Numbered from the stretch's first letter, positions 1-11,647 are shown. The stretch is DNA of 64,000 nt from Lingula anatina (GCA_051362555.1 CM120645.1:23526934-23590933); one strand, 5' to 3'. Notes: generated by a model not told the origin, from the letters alone. Numbers and translations are program-made.

Positions 1-1167
1 GACACCACCATTGGCAATGCCAAGAAACACAGGAGGGAAAAGAGATGCAATACCTTAAGAAAAAAAAAGAAAAGAAACAGAGTCACCTTAATACAGTATC
101 CACGAGATATATGTAGGCTATGTTTCTGCAAATTTACGCAAAGATTTAAATTTAGTTGCAAGACATCCAAAACTTTTCATATCGAGTAGAACAGTTTCAT
201 TAGCTATGTTATTATAATAGACTTGTGAAGATTCTTTTGTCTATAGCTATTTATATTAGTTTGATCTTACCATCCAATATTTCATCTGCTTGCAGTCAGA
301 TTTCATCAGGGAATGAGGTTGTGACAGGTATGACAACCTGTCACCCCCTCTGGAATCGGAATGATGGGACTGAGCTACCCAACCTCTACCTACCACTCCT
401 AAGGGAGGGGCAGGCAAGGGGGGGGATCTGACCAAATAGCACACCAGAGGGGGTGACAGGTTGTCATACCTGTCACAACCTCATTCCCTGATGAAATCTG
501 ACTGCAAGCAGATGAAATATTGGATGGTAAGATCAAACTAATATAAATAGCTATAGACAAAAGAATCTTCACAAGTCTATTTTCATATCGAGTTTAAGAA
601 GGGAGTTTCGACGTATCATCTACTCCCCCAAACTAACCTCGCATGTTGGCAACTTAATAAACAGTTTAATATAAAAATATACAGTTTAATTATAAAAAAT
701 ACTAATGGCTTATAGAAGCTCTAATTCTCTGGTATCTTTCGGAAAGGGAGACGAACATCAAAGAGAAGGCCAATGAATGTTGTCGGTTCCGATAAAGATT
801 GTATCACGTCCACCCTTTAAAATTATTGAAAGGATATTTTAAAAGTCTTTGAAAAGCAATAGCCACACGAGACCTGCGCCTGTACCCAGTTTAGTAAAAA
901 AAAAAAGATTGTGTTACTGAAGAGCACAAAATGAAACTGAGTGCTTTCCTGGGTTTAGTTTCCAATAAACTCTTATTATTCATCTGAGGGCAATGCGAAC
1001 AGTACAACACCAACAGCCTGCTAAACTAAATGTCAAAAACATATCATCTACAATACGCAAGAGGACGAATTTATCACCGGTGTCCACCGCTGTCATAAGG
1101 TTGAAATGCCTTATAATGGGCACAGTACTTGTGGGTATTTGATAAACTCTATCGCTGTACTCACCAT
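1..1167 (-). CDS. Tandem-family secreted protein, copy A (5' part only: ATG exon 1165-1167 plus start of exon 2 at 53, running off the left edge)
   Basis: Minus strand reads ATG|GTGAGT at 1167-1159 and tttcttaag|GTA TTG CAT CTC TTT TCC CTC CTG TGT TTC TTG GCA TTG CCA ATG GTG GTG, i.e. M-VLHLFSLLCFLALPMVV. This is the same signal-peptide start as copies C, D and F. The rest of the gene lies outside the window. Confidence 0.75.
273..312 (-). ncRNA. Minimal hammerhead ribozyme, inverted copy
   Basis: Exact reverse complement of 485-524, within the left arm of the inverted repeat. Confidence 0.65.
485..524 (+). ncRNA. Minimal type I hammerhead ribozyme in PLE pLTR
   Basis: UCC-CUGAUGA-A-AUCUG(ACUGCAAG)CAGAU-GAAA-UA-UU-GGA: intact catalytic boxes, 5-bp stem II, palindromic AAUAUU stem III and 3-bp stem I, as in PLE minimal hammerheads. 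Confidence 0.7.
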
Positions 1168-1256
1168 GTTTAATGTCATCGGAGACTACTGAGACGCTCA
1201 AATGTGTCCCTGGCTATATCTTCTTGGTACACCTCTTTGGTTGACTAGTGAACGGC

Positions 1257-1292
1257 AACTGAACAGCGGCGTCGTGAAGTATTCAATTTATA
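1257..1292 (-). promoter_or_regulatory. Core promoter of copy A (TATA box and Initiator)
   Basis: Minus-strand TATAAA at 1292-1287 and TCAGTT Inr with its A at 1260 (32-nt spacing), about 93 nt upstream of the ATG. The Inr-like motif is retained in copies C (GCAGTT, 6373), D (10273) and F (~18579). Confidence 0.6.
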
Positions 1293-2250
1293 GACAGTCA
1301 AAAAGAGTTAATGGTACCGTTATCTTAATGCGATTTTCACGATATAATTTTTGAGACGCCCGTATGAACAAAGGTTTAAGTGCCTTTAATGGAAAAGCTT
1401 TAAGTAACCTTTAAAATAAAAATAGATCAGCAAGCAGTATTTTATCAGGGACTGTAATTGACTGGTCCAAAAGAAAAAGAAAAAAACGCTGATTAACCAC
1501 ATAGGAAGAACATTGACAATTTGGACAACCAGTTACCTACTCAAACAGCATCAAGATAACAATGAAGTCTAAAATATGGCGTGGATTTGTTGGTGGGTGC
1601 TTTAAAGCAAGAAGTTGTACAAGTTCTTGCCCAAGGCTTAGGCACTTGTAATCTATGCAGCCATTTTATAACTTCCACTTTGATCAAGCAAAAGGTCGTA
1701 CATTGCTATAATGCTGGTAAGCAGAAACGCAGTGAATGACAACTTCTGAACAAATTAGTTATTATGCGTTTACATTTTGAATCAGAAACGCGTTACCAAG
1801 CCTATACACCCCCCCCCCGTTATTTATCAGGAATTTCTCCCCCCCCCCCCCCCATCAGAGGGGACATAGTCAAACAGTCAAGCAGCAACAAAATTACCAA
1901 ATTTGTATTTGACTAAATTTCCAAAGACAGGCCACCATCTTCCTCCTGTAAATACAAATAAATGAGCAACAGAAAGAGTGAAATCTACCGCCATTTTAAC
2001 CTGATAACAAGCGACGACCTGGAAATGAACTGGGATGAACATGTACATCTTACTTACACTGAAACCAGTCAATGGATAAACACTATATTACCTTCATCAA
2101 ACGAGGCATCTTATCAGTAAACCGAACACTGTGTATTTATATTATAATATGGATAATAATAATAATAATAACACTATTAACAAAAACTCGGTTTTAATAA
2201 CTGGTATTTTTCTAACTGTTCAGCAGTATCTCACCAGGATCTCACCAGGG

Positions 2251-2377
2251 TGGGAGCGAGAGAGAGAGGGGGGAGAGAGGGGGGCAGAGAGAGAGAGGGG
2301 CAGAATGAGAAAGAGAGAGAGAGAGGGGGGGAGAGAGAGAGGGGGGGCAGAGAGAGAGAGAGGGGGGAGAGGGGGGC

Positions 2378-2434
<57 letters not shown>

Positions 2435-2477
2435 CAGAGAGGGGGGCAGAAAGAGAGAGAGAGAGAGAGAGAGAGGG

Positions 2478-2512
<35 letters not shown>

Positions 2513-2558
2513 GAGGGAGAGAGGGGGGCAGAGAGAGAGAGAGAGAGAGAGGGGGGGG

Positions 2559-2589
<31 letters not shown>

Positions 2590-2665
2590 CAGAGAGAGAG
2601 AGAGGGGCAGAGAGAGAAAGAGAGAGAGAGGGGGAGAAGGGGGCAGAGAGAGAGGAGAGGGGGGC

Positions 2666-2700
<35 letters not shown>

Positions 2701-2803
2701 AGAGGGGGGCAGAGAGAGAGAGAGGGGGGAGAGGAGGGCAGAGAGAGAGAGAGAGAGAGGGGAGAGGGGGCAGAGAGAGAGAGAGAGAGAGCGAGAGCGA
2801 GAG
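2251..2803. repeat. Compound GGGGGGCA-(GA)n purine tract
   Basis: About 550 bp of (GA)n runs punctuated by G-runs plus CA. It is the source of all the low-complexity ORFs at 2131-2871. Confidence 0.95.
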
Positions 2804-3917
2804 CTGTACGTAAACATGAATCTTCGAAATCAAATGTAGGTAGACGTTGTCCGGAACCGCTCAAAATTTAGATATGTATGTAATTTAGAAATGTGCTCGA
2901 AATACGGACAACGTTGAAAACTTTCAGTTCGGATAACGCGTTAATATTACCTACCAGGTTCGTAGTCAAAATAGTTACGTGTAAATCGCTATGAGGAAAT
3001 CCAACGCTGACAACAATAACCAGTTTCAATCATTAAACGTTAACTCGTCGCTTGCCCGGGTACATTCTGCCTCTCTATTCAATATTACACCCTTTAGTAC
3101 GTATTCCAGCCAATGGCATAATGCACTTCGAATTCCTTATCACTGGCTTCTTAGCTATGCATGTTTTCTATTTTCTCTGTTCATCAAGTATTTGAAACCC
3201 ACAGTGCTTTTGCTCTAGGCTGCCTTGACGCCTTCAGCAACCTGACAGATCATATGAAAAGATTCGATTCAAATGTTCTCTTTGTTTTCTCTTTCAAAAA
3301 CTCTGGCCTGTCTAGCTAGCCCAGGCCGAGTAACATTAGGAAATGGTGCTTAAAATAACACCTTTCCGCTTACAAAGTCCGTTCATTTTCATCACGCTGT
3401 ATTTGGCGCACATTTTAAATTCAACAGAAATTATTTATATCTACTCTCACCATGTTAGTCAAGTTAAAGTCATCTTAAGCCGGTGAAATGCACGCACAAA
3501 AGCTTTTACTGCATTAATGGATGCTGGCATTATCTATATACTGACGCTTATTCACCGGTGTCAGCTGAGACGCGATATCTGTTAGATATATCAGCTTCTT
3601 CCTATATTCCCGTGCCTCAGATGCGTCTTTCCTTTTAACAGGGATGACAGCTTTTTTATGATACCGAATACGCAGTTGAATTTAGACAAGAGGTACAATT
3701 ACGTCGACCGAAAATCTAGTTTTAGTTTTGTAAAGCAGTATCTGAAACAGTTACGTTGCTTTTAAATGAAACTATTGAATTGGATTCTTAACGCTGCATT
3801 TAAATGTACAATGCAATTTTTGTAATAGATTTAATTCAAACATTTATCGTCTTACTTGCCTCGTAGTTGATGAAGTTCCCTTTGCCTAAGCATCAGTAAT
3901 GTGGAATGAACAGAGGG

Positions 3918-3959
<42 letters not shown>

Positions 3960-4135
3960 GACATACACAGCCAGTGTTTTTTTTTTCAACAGATTTTTGT
4001 CTTTACCATATTTCCCTTACCCAATCCTTACAATTAATCCTATTTGCTTAAATTAAAACTTTAAAACCAAGCAAAAAATGCTTGCATGTTTACATAACCC
4101 CGAACACAAAACTTTTTAATTAACGCAAAGCTGAT

Positions 4136-4272
4136 CTATGGCAAACGATAATCTAAACTGTCAAAAGGAGAAGGCTTCCATCGAGAATCACACTGCCGTG
4201 GCTTATCATTCTTTCACTTCCCAGTACCATGTGCAGTGCGAAGAAACACAGGAGGGAAAATAGATGCAATAC
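4136..4272 (-). pseudogene. Copy B: internally deleted chimeric relic of the tandem family
   Basis: The stop region (CTATGGCAAACGATAATCTAAACTGTC, matching copy G) is fused via GGCT to the 5' part of exon 2 (GGCTTCCATCGAGAATCACACTG, matching copy C). The acceptor AG is lost. Intron 1 sequence 4275-4515 matches 5820-6035. Confidence 0.8.
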
Positions 4273-4999
4273 TTTTAAAAGAAAAGAATGGGGTTGCTCT
4301 TAATACGCTGTCCACAAGATGTACACAGGACTAGACTAGACTAGACTAGACTAGACTAGACATATAATTACAAAGTTATAGTATCATTTTAGTTCCAAGA
4401 CGCCGAACACTTTAACTGAAATGATGATTAAGCATGTACACCATATCAATAAAGTAACTAAACACAGTATCTACTCTGGAGAACACCATTAGGTTGTAAT
4501 ACCATTAAACAATTTTTTTATTTAAATGATGTTTGCCAAAGAGACAACTGAAGTCCGTTAAATTAATGATGATAATGACTCTTCATGTACAGGTAATTGG
4601 TGTCACCTTTAGTGAACTGGTGTAGAAACAATGGTTTGCTCTTGTAAGGCTGTGTTCACAACCAAGTTGAGCCTGGCCTAACTGAGCCGCGGTTCAAATA
4701 TGGCGCGACCCACTTGCAAGCACTACTGAACACGTGACCTTAGAGCGCATCCAGAACAGTGAACTAATTATTAATTTGTAAACAAAAACGCATGGAATTG
4801 GAGGTAAGATAACCTTTTTGATCAAGAGTTTAAAACAACCCATGTGTTCTTGCAACAGCTTTTTTTATTCGTCGCTTATTTCTTTTGCCCAACACCCTTA
4901 CAAATAATTTCATGGAATCAAAATGCCTCGAATGCAACCAAAATAATGATATATTCGTATAAGCCCCAAAGAAAACTTTCCAATATATGAAAAGCTCAT

Positions 5000-6074
5000 C
5001 TATGGCAGGCGATTATCTGTACGGTTACAAGAGAAAGTGACTACCATTCGACCATCATTCAGATGTTCGTTTCCGTGCACGTACAGAGGAAGGACCCCAC
5101 GTCCTACGCCGTCACCGAACTCTGGCCTGGTCAGACTGGTGACATGCGGACTGAAGACGGAGTACTTGCCTAGTGTGACGTCATATCCGGTCAGATCAGT
5201 GTCTTGGCCCAAGGGGATGGCTACCCGAAGCAGTGGAACACGGTCTTCTGCATGTAGCTTTATTTCGCTGTCGAACCCCTTCTGCCCAGGTTTCGTATAG
5301 TAATTTTTAAACCGAATCATACTATTTGCCGGGACGACCATTCCCTGATTTCGGCCCTCTGTTACAGTAAACTCATTTTTGGTCACGATCACCCATGCGT
5401 TATAGACCATCTGGGAATCGTAAAAACGAACTTCATTGTCACGAGACTCTGAATAAAGTCTAAAATTAGCAGACTGCGGAAGACTCATGATTTTAAAAGT
5501 AAAGTTAACTGCAGTGGTTTCGAAGAACACAGGAGTTGGATCAACCCCTGACAACATATCGTCGGCAACGTCCACGTCGATGCCGTACCATTCCTTCAAA
5601 AATTGTAGGAACTTCCTCCCTTCAGCCGCGATGCTGGCGTTCGTGTTTCGACCAAAATATCGGTGTACTTTGTACCACTGGTCCCTGGGAAATCCTTGGC
5701 TTCCATCGAGAATCACACTGTCTTGTATTAACATGGTATAGACAGTGCACATTCTTTCACTTGTCACGACCATGTGTAATGCGAAGAAACACAGGAGGGA
5801 AAAGAGATGCAGTACCTTTAAAAGAAAAAATATGTTGTTGTTCTTAATACGCTGTCCTCAAGATATACACAGGACTAGACTTGACATATAGTTGCAAAGA
5901 TATAATATCATTTTAGTTCCAAGACGCCGAACACTTTAACTGAAATGATGTTTATGCATGTACACCATATCAATAAAGTAACTAAGCACAGTATCTACTC
6001 CGGAGAAGACTATTTAGTTGTAATAACATTAAACAGGTAAAATACTCTTAATTATCCAACGCAGTACTTACCAT
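5000..6074 (-). CDS. Tandem-family secreted protein, copy C (intact, 272 aa; exons 6072-6074 and 5000-5815)
   Basis: ATG|GTAAGT donor; tttaaag|GTA acceptor in frame with the 5000-5773 ORF. Product is MVLHLFSLLCFFALHMVVTSERMC...MVVTFSCNRTDNRLP, with a hydrophobic N-terminus, NAS and NFT sequons and a Cys near each end. AATAAA at ~4864-4869. No domain recognised. Confidence 0.85.
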
Positions 6075-6098
6075 GTTCCCAAACTTCGGCGACAATTA

Positions 6099-6318
6099 AG
6101 GCTCTGTCCTCACAACTTTTAGATCGATCTATCTATCACCGCGGGGAGTCTCACTAGATTACTGTCAGATAATCCCCCTTAAGTGTCCGTCCCCGCCTAC
6201 TACAAGCTTTAAGGGGTAATTAACTTTCGTGTCCGCCCGGCTGACAGCTATTTAGCGTGAACCCCCAGGGAGTTAGGTCGATCCAATGTAGGTCGATCTA
6301 ATCTATGAGAATGGGGTG
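6099..6318. mobile_element. PIF/Harbinger-type MITE in the 5' UTR of copy C
   Basis: Flanked by TTA/TTA, with subterminal AGATCGATCT-type inverted motifs. The same family occurs at 24765-24966 (opposite orientation) and as a fragment at 23550-23623. Absent from the paralogous UTRs. Confidence 0.75.
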
Positions 6319-6921
6319 TTAGACACTCAATATCTATTGGTACACCTCTACAGCTGACTCGTGAAAGGCAACTGCGCAGCGACGCGGAGCAGTATTGAAA
6401 TTAAATACAGTTCATAAAAAATGTAAGTGTCATATATATATATATGTGAATTTTATAGTGAATCTTAACAGCGTGCGATTGTATTATTCTTGATCTGTTC
6501 ATTCAATTGTGCTTTTTTATTCTTTGCTAATCACCCCTCAACTCGACTTAAAGTTCGGCACCAAAAAGTAAGCTATTTTTCATTTTCGTTTTAACTATGT
6601 TTTTGGTACCTCTAGTACAATTTATTCAAACCTGAACACCTGAAAATATTTTTGAAATGATCCGTCTGGCTGCCTTGAGTGCAGACATTTTCCCAGACGG
6701 AGGCATTAAACATTTTAACTGGGACGCATTTAGTCGTATTACCGCGGTAGAGACAGCGTCGTTATGCAACCAGTATAATTAGCTTGATTATCTTCCCTAC
6801 CAGGAAAGTCGTTGTTACCATGCCTGCATGCCTGTATCTTTGGTTGTTTACAGCACGAGGAGTGAAAGCGTCACATTTCAGGATGTTTATAAACATAAAG
6901 CATTACAAAACACTGCATGAT

Positions 6922-7075
6922 CAGGGGCGGATCCAGATTCTGACAGTCTTCCAAACTATCTTTGTTGATCCGTCCTCCATTTTTGACCGTCTTTAGGCAG
7001 AAAAAATCATATGCCCGTCAGTGTAAACTTGACAATTTGACCATCTTCCAGAAGACGGCCTCAATACGCCCCCTG
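6922..7075. mobile_element. Non-autonomous DNA transposon (CAGGGGCG termini)
   Basis: TIR CAGGGGCGGA...TACGCCCCCTG with a TGAT duplication. Absent in the paralogous segment near 10505. A second copy lies in reverse orientation at 53539-53706. Confidence 0.8.
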
Positions 7076-7299
7076 TGATGCATTACGCAACCATTGGCAC
7101 CATTGTCGTATTGCTGATTTGTGTAAGAAGGGGTTAGGGGACTCGTATTACAGTATTTTAGAGTTTTTTCATTATGTCGGTTACAGTCAAATTATATCCG
7201 AATATTTTTTTCAAGTTATTCAATAAAATAAAAAGAAAGTTAGCATTTCACTCCCTCAACTAACTCAATGTAGCCTTATCCATAAGGTATTCTCACTTT

Positions 7300-8150
7300 T
7301 GCTAGACATAACATGAAGAGCACCACTAAATTGTTTTCTGTAATATATGACTATACCGCCGGATGGGCGTCCTTTTTTTTTCTTTTTTGTTTTTATTTTG
7401 TAGAAGTGGCCATGTGTTCCACTAGGTAGGACCATTTTTTATCTCAGGGTGCTAAAAGTTTCTACACATATGAAAATATCAAAATTTTCGACCATCTCAA
7501 CAAAGTTTTCATCAGTAAGTTTCTTTGCTAATCTTCTAATATTTCTCATACCGATGCGTAACATGTTTCTGTGTAATTATTGATATCTCTTTAAAAAACA
7601 TACAAAAAGACCTATCCACACTACTTCAATGAACTTACTCAGTGCTATACTAGTAATTAATCAGGGAGAAAATCTTCTTTTTCTTTTTGTTGATATTCAC
7701 TTACTAGTAGTGGTTTTCAGTATTTACTTAAAGCATTTAGTTGGTCACTTAAAGCTTTCAATTAAAAAAAAAAGTTCAGCTTCATCTTAATTAATCAATA
7801 TATCCTCATCTGGCTTATGGATTATATGTAGTGATTTTTACAGACACTTTCCTTATATTATTTTCAGTAGGAAAGTAATTAGTAAACATGACCATTGTGT
7901 GTATATTTAGAATATAAGTAGTAAGCTATAGTGAGAATGTTTTCAATAACTTAACTCTTTCATTTTATGGGTTGTGACTATTAGTCTTTCTTTCAAAGTA
8001 ATGAATACTAATAATGACTATTACTTACATATGGCATCCACTGGATATTTGTAGTTCTTTACTGTACTTGTGAGTGATCAAATAACTAGCCTTGGAAAAG
8101 AATTACCTTAGCTTATGCTCTAGTTTGATTAAGCAGTCTCTCAGCATTTT
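7300..8150 (-). mobile_element. Possible old, decayed Penelope-like remnant
   Basis: Minus strand has a degenerate hammerhead, CUGAUGA-A-AACU..GGUC-GAAA-AUUU (~7478-7518), downstream of stop-riddled stretches reading LIKLEHKLR*FFSKASY and MPYV, reminiscent of PLE RT C-terminal motifs. Boundaries are approximate. Confidence 0.3.
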
Positions 8151-8349
8151 AAGTCAGGCTAACCCTAACCATTATAACTAAATGGAAGGCGGGCTCTCTG
8201 ATACACGAACCCTCAGTTTCGTAACACCGGTCTTGGCTTTAGAATATAAATAAAACAGTAAAGCTTTTTTGATTATCAAAAGGTACTGAAAGTTGTCGCG
8301 TACTTTGATACATGTTTTACTCTTGCCAGAGTCAATTTGGTAAGAAGGA

Positions 8350-8383
<34 letters not shown>

Positions 8384-8582
8384 GCACACACCCTAATGAG
8401 CGGGATTGTCTTGATAAAAAATAGTCCAAGAACAATTTAAATAAGATTTTATTCTTCTCATATATTTTCCTTTGCCCAACCCTTACAATTAATTTCATGG
8501 GAGCAAAATAATTCTAAAACCAACAAAACAATGACATATTCGAATAACCCAAAAAGATAACCTTTCAAAAAATTAATGTAAT

Positions 8583-10181
8583 CTATGGCAGACGATATTT
8601 GGTACGGTTACAGGAGAAGGTGATCACCATTCTTCCATCATTCAGATATTCGTTTCCGTGCACGTATCGAGGAAGGACCCCACGTCCTACGCCGTCAACG
8701 AACTCTGGCCTCGTCAGACTGGTGACATACTCATTGAAGACAACGTAACTGCCTGTTGTGACGTCATACTCTGTCAGATAAGTGTCTTGACCCAAGGGGG
8801 TGGGAATTAAAAGATTTGGGACACGGTTTTCTGCACGTAGCTTGATTTCTCTATCGAACCCCTTGCGCTCAGGTTTCATATAGTAGTAATGTAACCCAAT
8901 CATACTATTTGCCGGAACGACCATACCCTGATTTCGACCCTCTGTTACAGTAAACTCATTTTTGGTCACAATCAGCCATGCATTATAGCAAATCTGAGAA
9001 TCGTAAAAACGAACTTCATTGCCACGTGATTCCGAATTAAGTCTAAAATTAGCAGACAGCGGAAGGGTCAGGATATTGAAAGTAAAGTTTACGGCCGTGG
9101 TCTCAAAGAACACAGGAGTTGGATCAACCCCTGAGAGGGTATCGTCACCACCGTCTACGTCGATGCCGTACCATTCCTTCAAAAACTGTAGGAACTTCCT
9201 CCCTTCAGCCACGATGCTGGCGTTCGTGTTTCGACCAAAATATCGGTGTATTTCATACCACTGCTCGGTGGCAAATCCTTGGCTTCCGCCGCGAATCATA
9301 CTGCCGTGGCTTATCATGGTATAAACAGCGCACATTCTTTCTCTCGCCACCACCATTGGCAATGCGAAGAAACACAGGATGGAAAAGAGATGTAATACCT
9401 TAGAAAAAAAAACGGAGTCACCCTTAATACAGGCTCCACAAGATATACACAGGGTTAGACAAGACATCTAATCACAAAGTGATGGTTTATGTTTAAAATA
9501 CTGGAGCAAATCAAGCCCGATATTTAACCGTTTTGGAACAACGTTGTGACACCAAGTGCGTAATTCTCTCTTTGAAATAAATAGGCTTAATTTAATTTCC
9601 GGTAACATCATCCTCACCCCACCCCCATCCCCCCATCCCCCGTTTGGACAGTGCACTTCCAGCTGAGGTTAGAAACCGGACAAATTGCGAGACAGATGTG
9701 TTCTAAATAAAACTGAATGTTTTCCTGTGATTATTATTTTTTATTTAATTCCTTATTAGTCGGATAGGCGTAACGCAGACAGTGCAATACCAACAGCTTG
9801 CTGGACTAAGGGACCATTTCCATACCATATCGTACTAGCAGAACGATCTATCTCCGAGGGGTTTCTTGCTAAATTGCATTAGTTTAAGCTTGAACGAAAG
9901 ATAATTACCACCCTAGCAGCTTCGTTGGACGTGACAGACATTTAAGCCGCTTAAACTGTAAACAATTTAGCGAGAATCCCCTCGGAGTTAGATCGATCCT
10001 GCTAGTACGATAGGTTTATGGGAACCCAGTCTTAATATTAACACAACAGCATGTACACCACATCGGTAAAATAACTAACCACAGTATCTACTCTGGTGAA
10101 CACCATTAGATGGTTATATCATAAAACAGATAACATACGCTTTATTTTAATAATAGTTTAAATTATTGCTGCACTCACCAT
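8583..10181 (-). CDS. Tandem-family secreted protein, copy D (intact, 272 aa; exons 10179-10181 and 8583-9398)
   Basis: ATG|GTGAGT donor and ttctaag|GTA acceptor. Exon 2 is 816 nt, as in copy C. Product is MVLHLFSILCFFALPMVVARERMC...MVITFSCNRTKYRLP. AATAAA at ~8448-8453. The ORF-track start at 9467 lies in the intron. Confidence 0.85.
9810..10032. mobile_element. PIF/Harbinger-type MITE in intron 1 of copy D
   Basis: Flanked by TAA/TAA, with long imperfect inverted arms (TATCGTACTAGCAG...CTGCTAGTACGATA; CTCCGAGGGG...CCCCTCGGAG). Absent in copies A and F. Confidence 0.75.
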
Positions 10182-10726
10182 GTCCCTAATTTTCGGTGAC
10201 TATTGAGACGCACAAATGTTACCCTGGTTTTATCTTTTGGTACACCTCTTCGGTTGACTAGTAAAAGGCAACTGAACAGCGGCGTAGTGAAGTATTCACA
10301 CTCACATTTTAACTAGGATGCATTTAGTGGTATTACCGCGGCAGAGGAGCATCGTTTTTCAACCAGTATAATTAGCTTCATTATCGTCACTTCTATGTAA
10401 GTCGTTGTTACCATGCCTGCATGCCCGTATATTTGGTTGTTTACAACACAAGGAGTGAAAACGTCACATTTCAGGATGTTTTTAAACATTTCAATACACT
10501 GCATGATGTACTATCAACCATTAACACGCGGGGCCATTGTCGTATTGCTGGTTTGTGTAAGGGGTCATTCAAAATAGATGATCCGAGTGCTAACTGATCC
10601 TCTGACTAAACATGACCGACTCCACTTCAAAAGCGATGCCGCTAATTCCCTGAAGGTCTCCCCGCCTCCACACGCGCCATTAAACCAAATAAATCTCAGC
10701 TCCGAGACAGAGAGCACCCCATGATA

Positions 10727-11647
10727 AGCCTCGGTCACAACCGGACGCACGAATTTAAGGATTTTAGGAATTTTAGGTGCAGTAGAGGCCGTGGAGTTCG
10801 TAGAGGTAGAGGAAAAGTTTCAATGGAAAGGCACAAGTCTGCCTTAGGGGCCACATGAGATACCCTTTCAAGCAGGGGCGCTGATTGCAAGGTGCAATGG
10901 CCGTGGAAACTGTACTCATTTCTCGATTTTGTTTTGCTACCCCCACACGTGGCACGCACACACCACTTACGAAAATAATTCAACGCACGGTGAAAGCAGT
11001 TCCATTTTGTTACTCACTTGTCTCCCCCTGCTTGTGATGCCGTACTGACGGCTTACGTCAGTCTTGCCTCCTGTTCTCCCCTTCTTTCTTCTTCCTCTCC
11101 CCTTGTTTTCTGCTCTCTAAGCTTCTTTCTCTTGCTTTTTGGGGTCATATTAGAAGCTCAATTGAGTAAAATTTGAATTTTTTGAAAATTGTGTACACGT
11201 TGCACTATCGACGTTCGTTGTTGAGACACGAGCGTGCGTTGTGAGCACGCCTTTTATTACTCCAGGCGTACAAGTACGATAAGTGGTGCAAGCACGACGC
11301 ATTCTTGGTGTGCCTTTGGCTTTGTTCTGTAGCTGAGAGGGCGTGCGCCGTACTCAACACGCAAAGGGCACTTGCTCCTTCATTGCTTGCGATGTACGTC
11401 TTGTACCACGCGCGTCTCACTTGCGAACTCCTTGCGCGGGAGCTAGTTATGCTTGCGGCCTCGTTGTTCGCAGATTTATTCGTAGAATCTCTTGGACATG
11501 CCCAATATCCTCTGTACGTGCTTATATTACGGGCTGTCGGCGAACTCGAAATGTCGTAAGAAGGATTTGCATTGGACGTGCGTTTTTGCTCAAAATTTGG
11601 ACGCAAACAGACCGTAAGCACCCGTGCGGCCGGGTGTGACCGAGGCT
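10727..11647. mobile_element. 920-bp non-autonomous TIR DNA transposon (Harbinger-like) nested in an older repeat
   Basis: About 25-bp TIR AGCCTCGGTCACAACCGGACGCACG / CGTGCGGCCGGGTGTGACCGAGGCT, with ATA on both sides. The interior is CpG-rich and has no transposase ORF. The left flank 10560-10680 resembles the repeat at 34107-34210. Confidence 0.8.

Larger units (their letters stand above)
174..593 (+). mobile_element. 5'-truncated Penelope-like retroelement with inverted pseudo-LTR, in intron 1 of copy A
   Basis: Perfect 138-bp inverted repeat (216-353 / 444-581). 14-bp direct repeat TTTTCATATCGAGT at 174-187 and 580-593. The spacer encodes NRNDGTELPNLYLPLLR...stop, resembling the LNRDxG..LP..Y..LL C-terminus of PLE GIY-YIG ORFs. 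Each arm has a hammerhead core. The insertion is absent at the paralogous site near 17760. Confidence 0.8.

Noticed and set aside
980-1201. ORF MSVSVVSDDIKHGEY..., repeated at 18330-18551
   Set aside because: It spans the 5' UTR, ATG exon and intron 1 of copies A and F; the similarity is due to the segmental duplication.
2131-2871. Five overlapping 187-246 aa ORFs (RE-rich, SL-rich)
   Set aside because: They are translations of the GA/G-run microsatellite, with no coding signal.
5037-5847. Plus-strand ORFs recurring in each paralogue (e.g. MDQPL..., also 9019-9403, 14518-14854, 16817-17513)
   Set aside because: They are antisense shadows of the real minus-strand gene, and their stops are not conserved across copies.
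11205-11639. ORFs inside the 920-bp TIR element
   Set aside because: No DDE, Myb/SANT or other transposase motifs; they reflect the higher GC content of a non-autonomous element.
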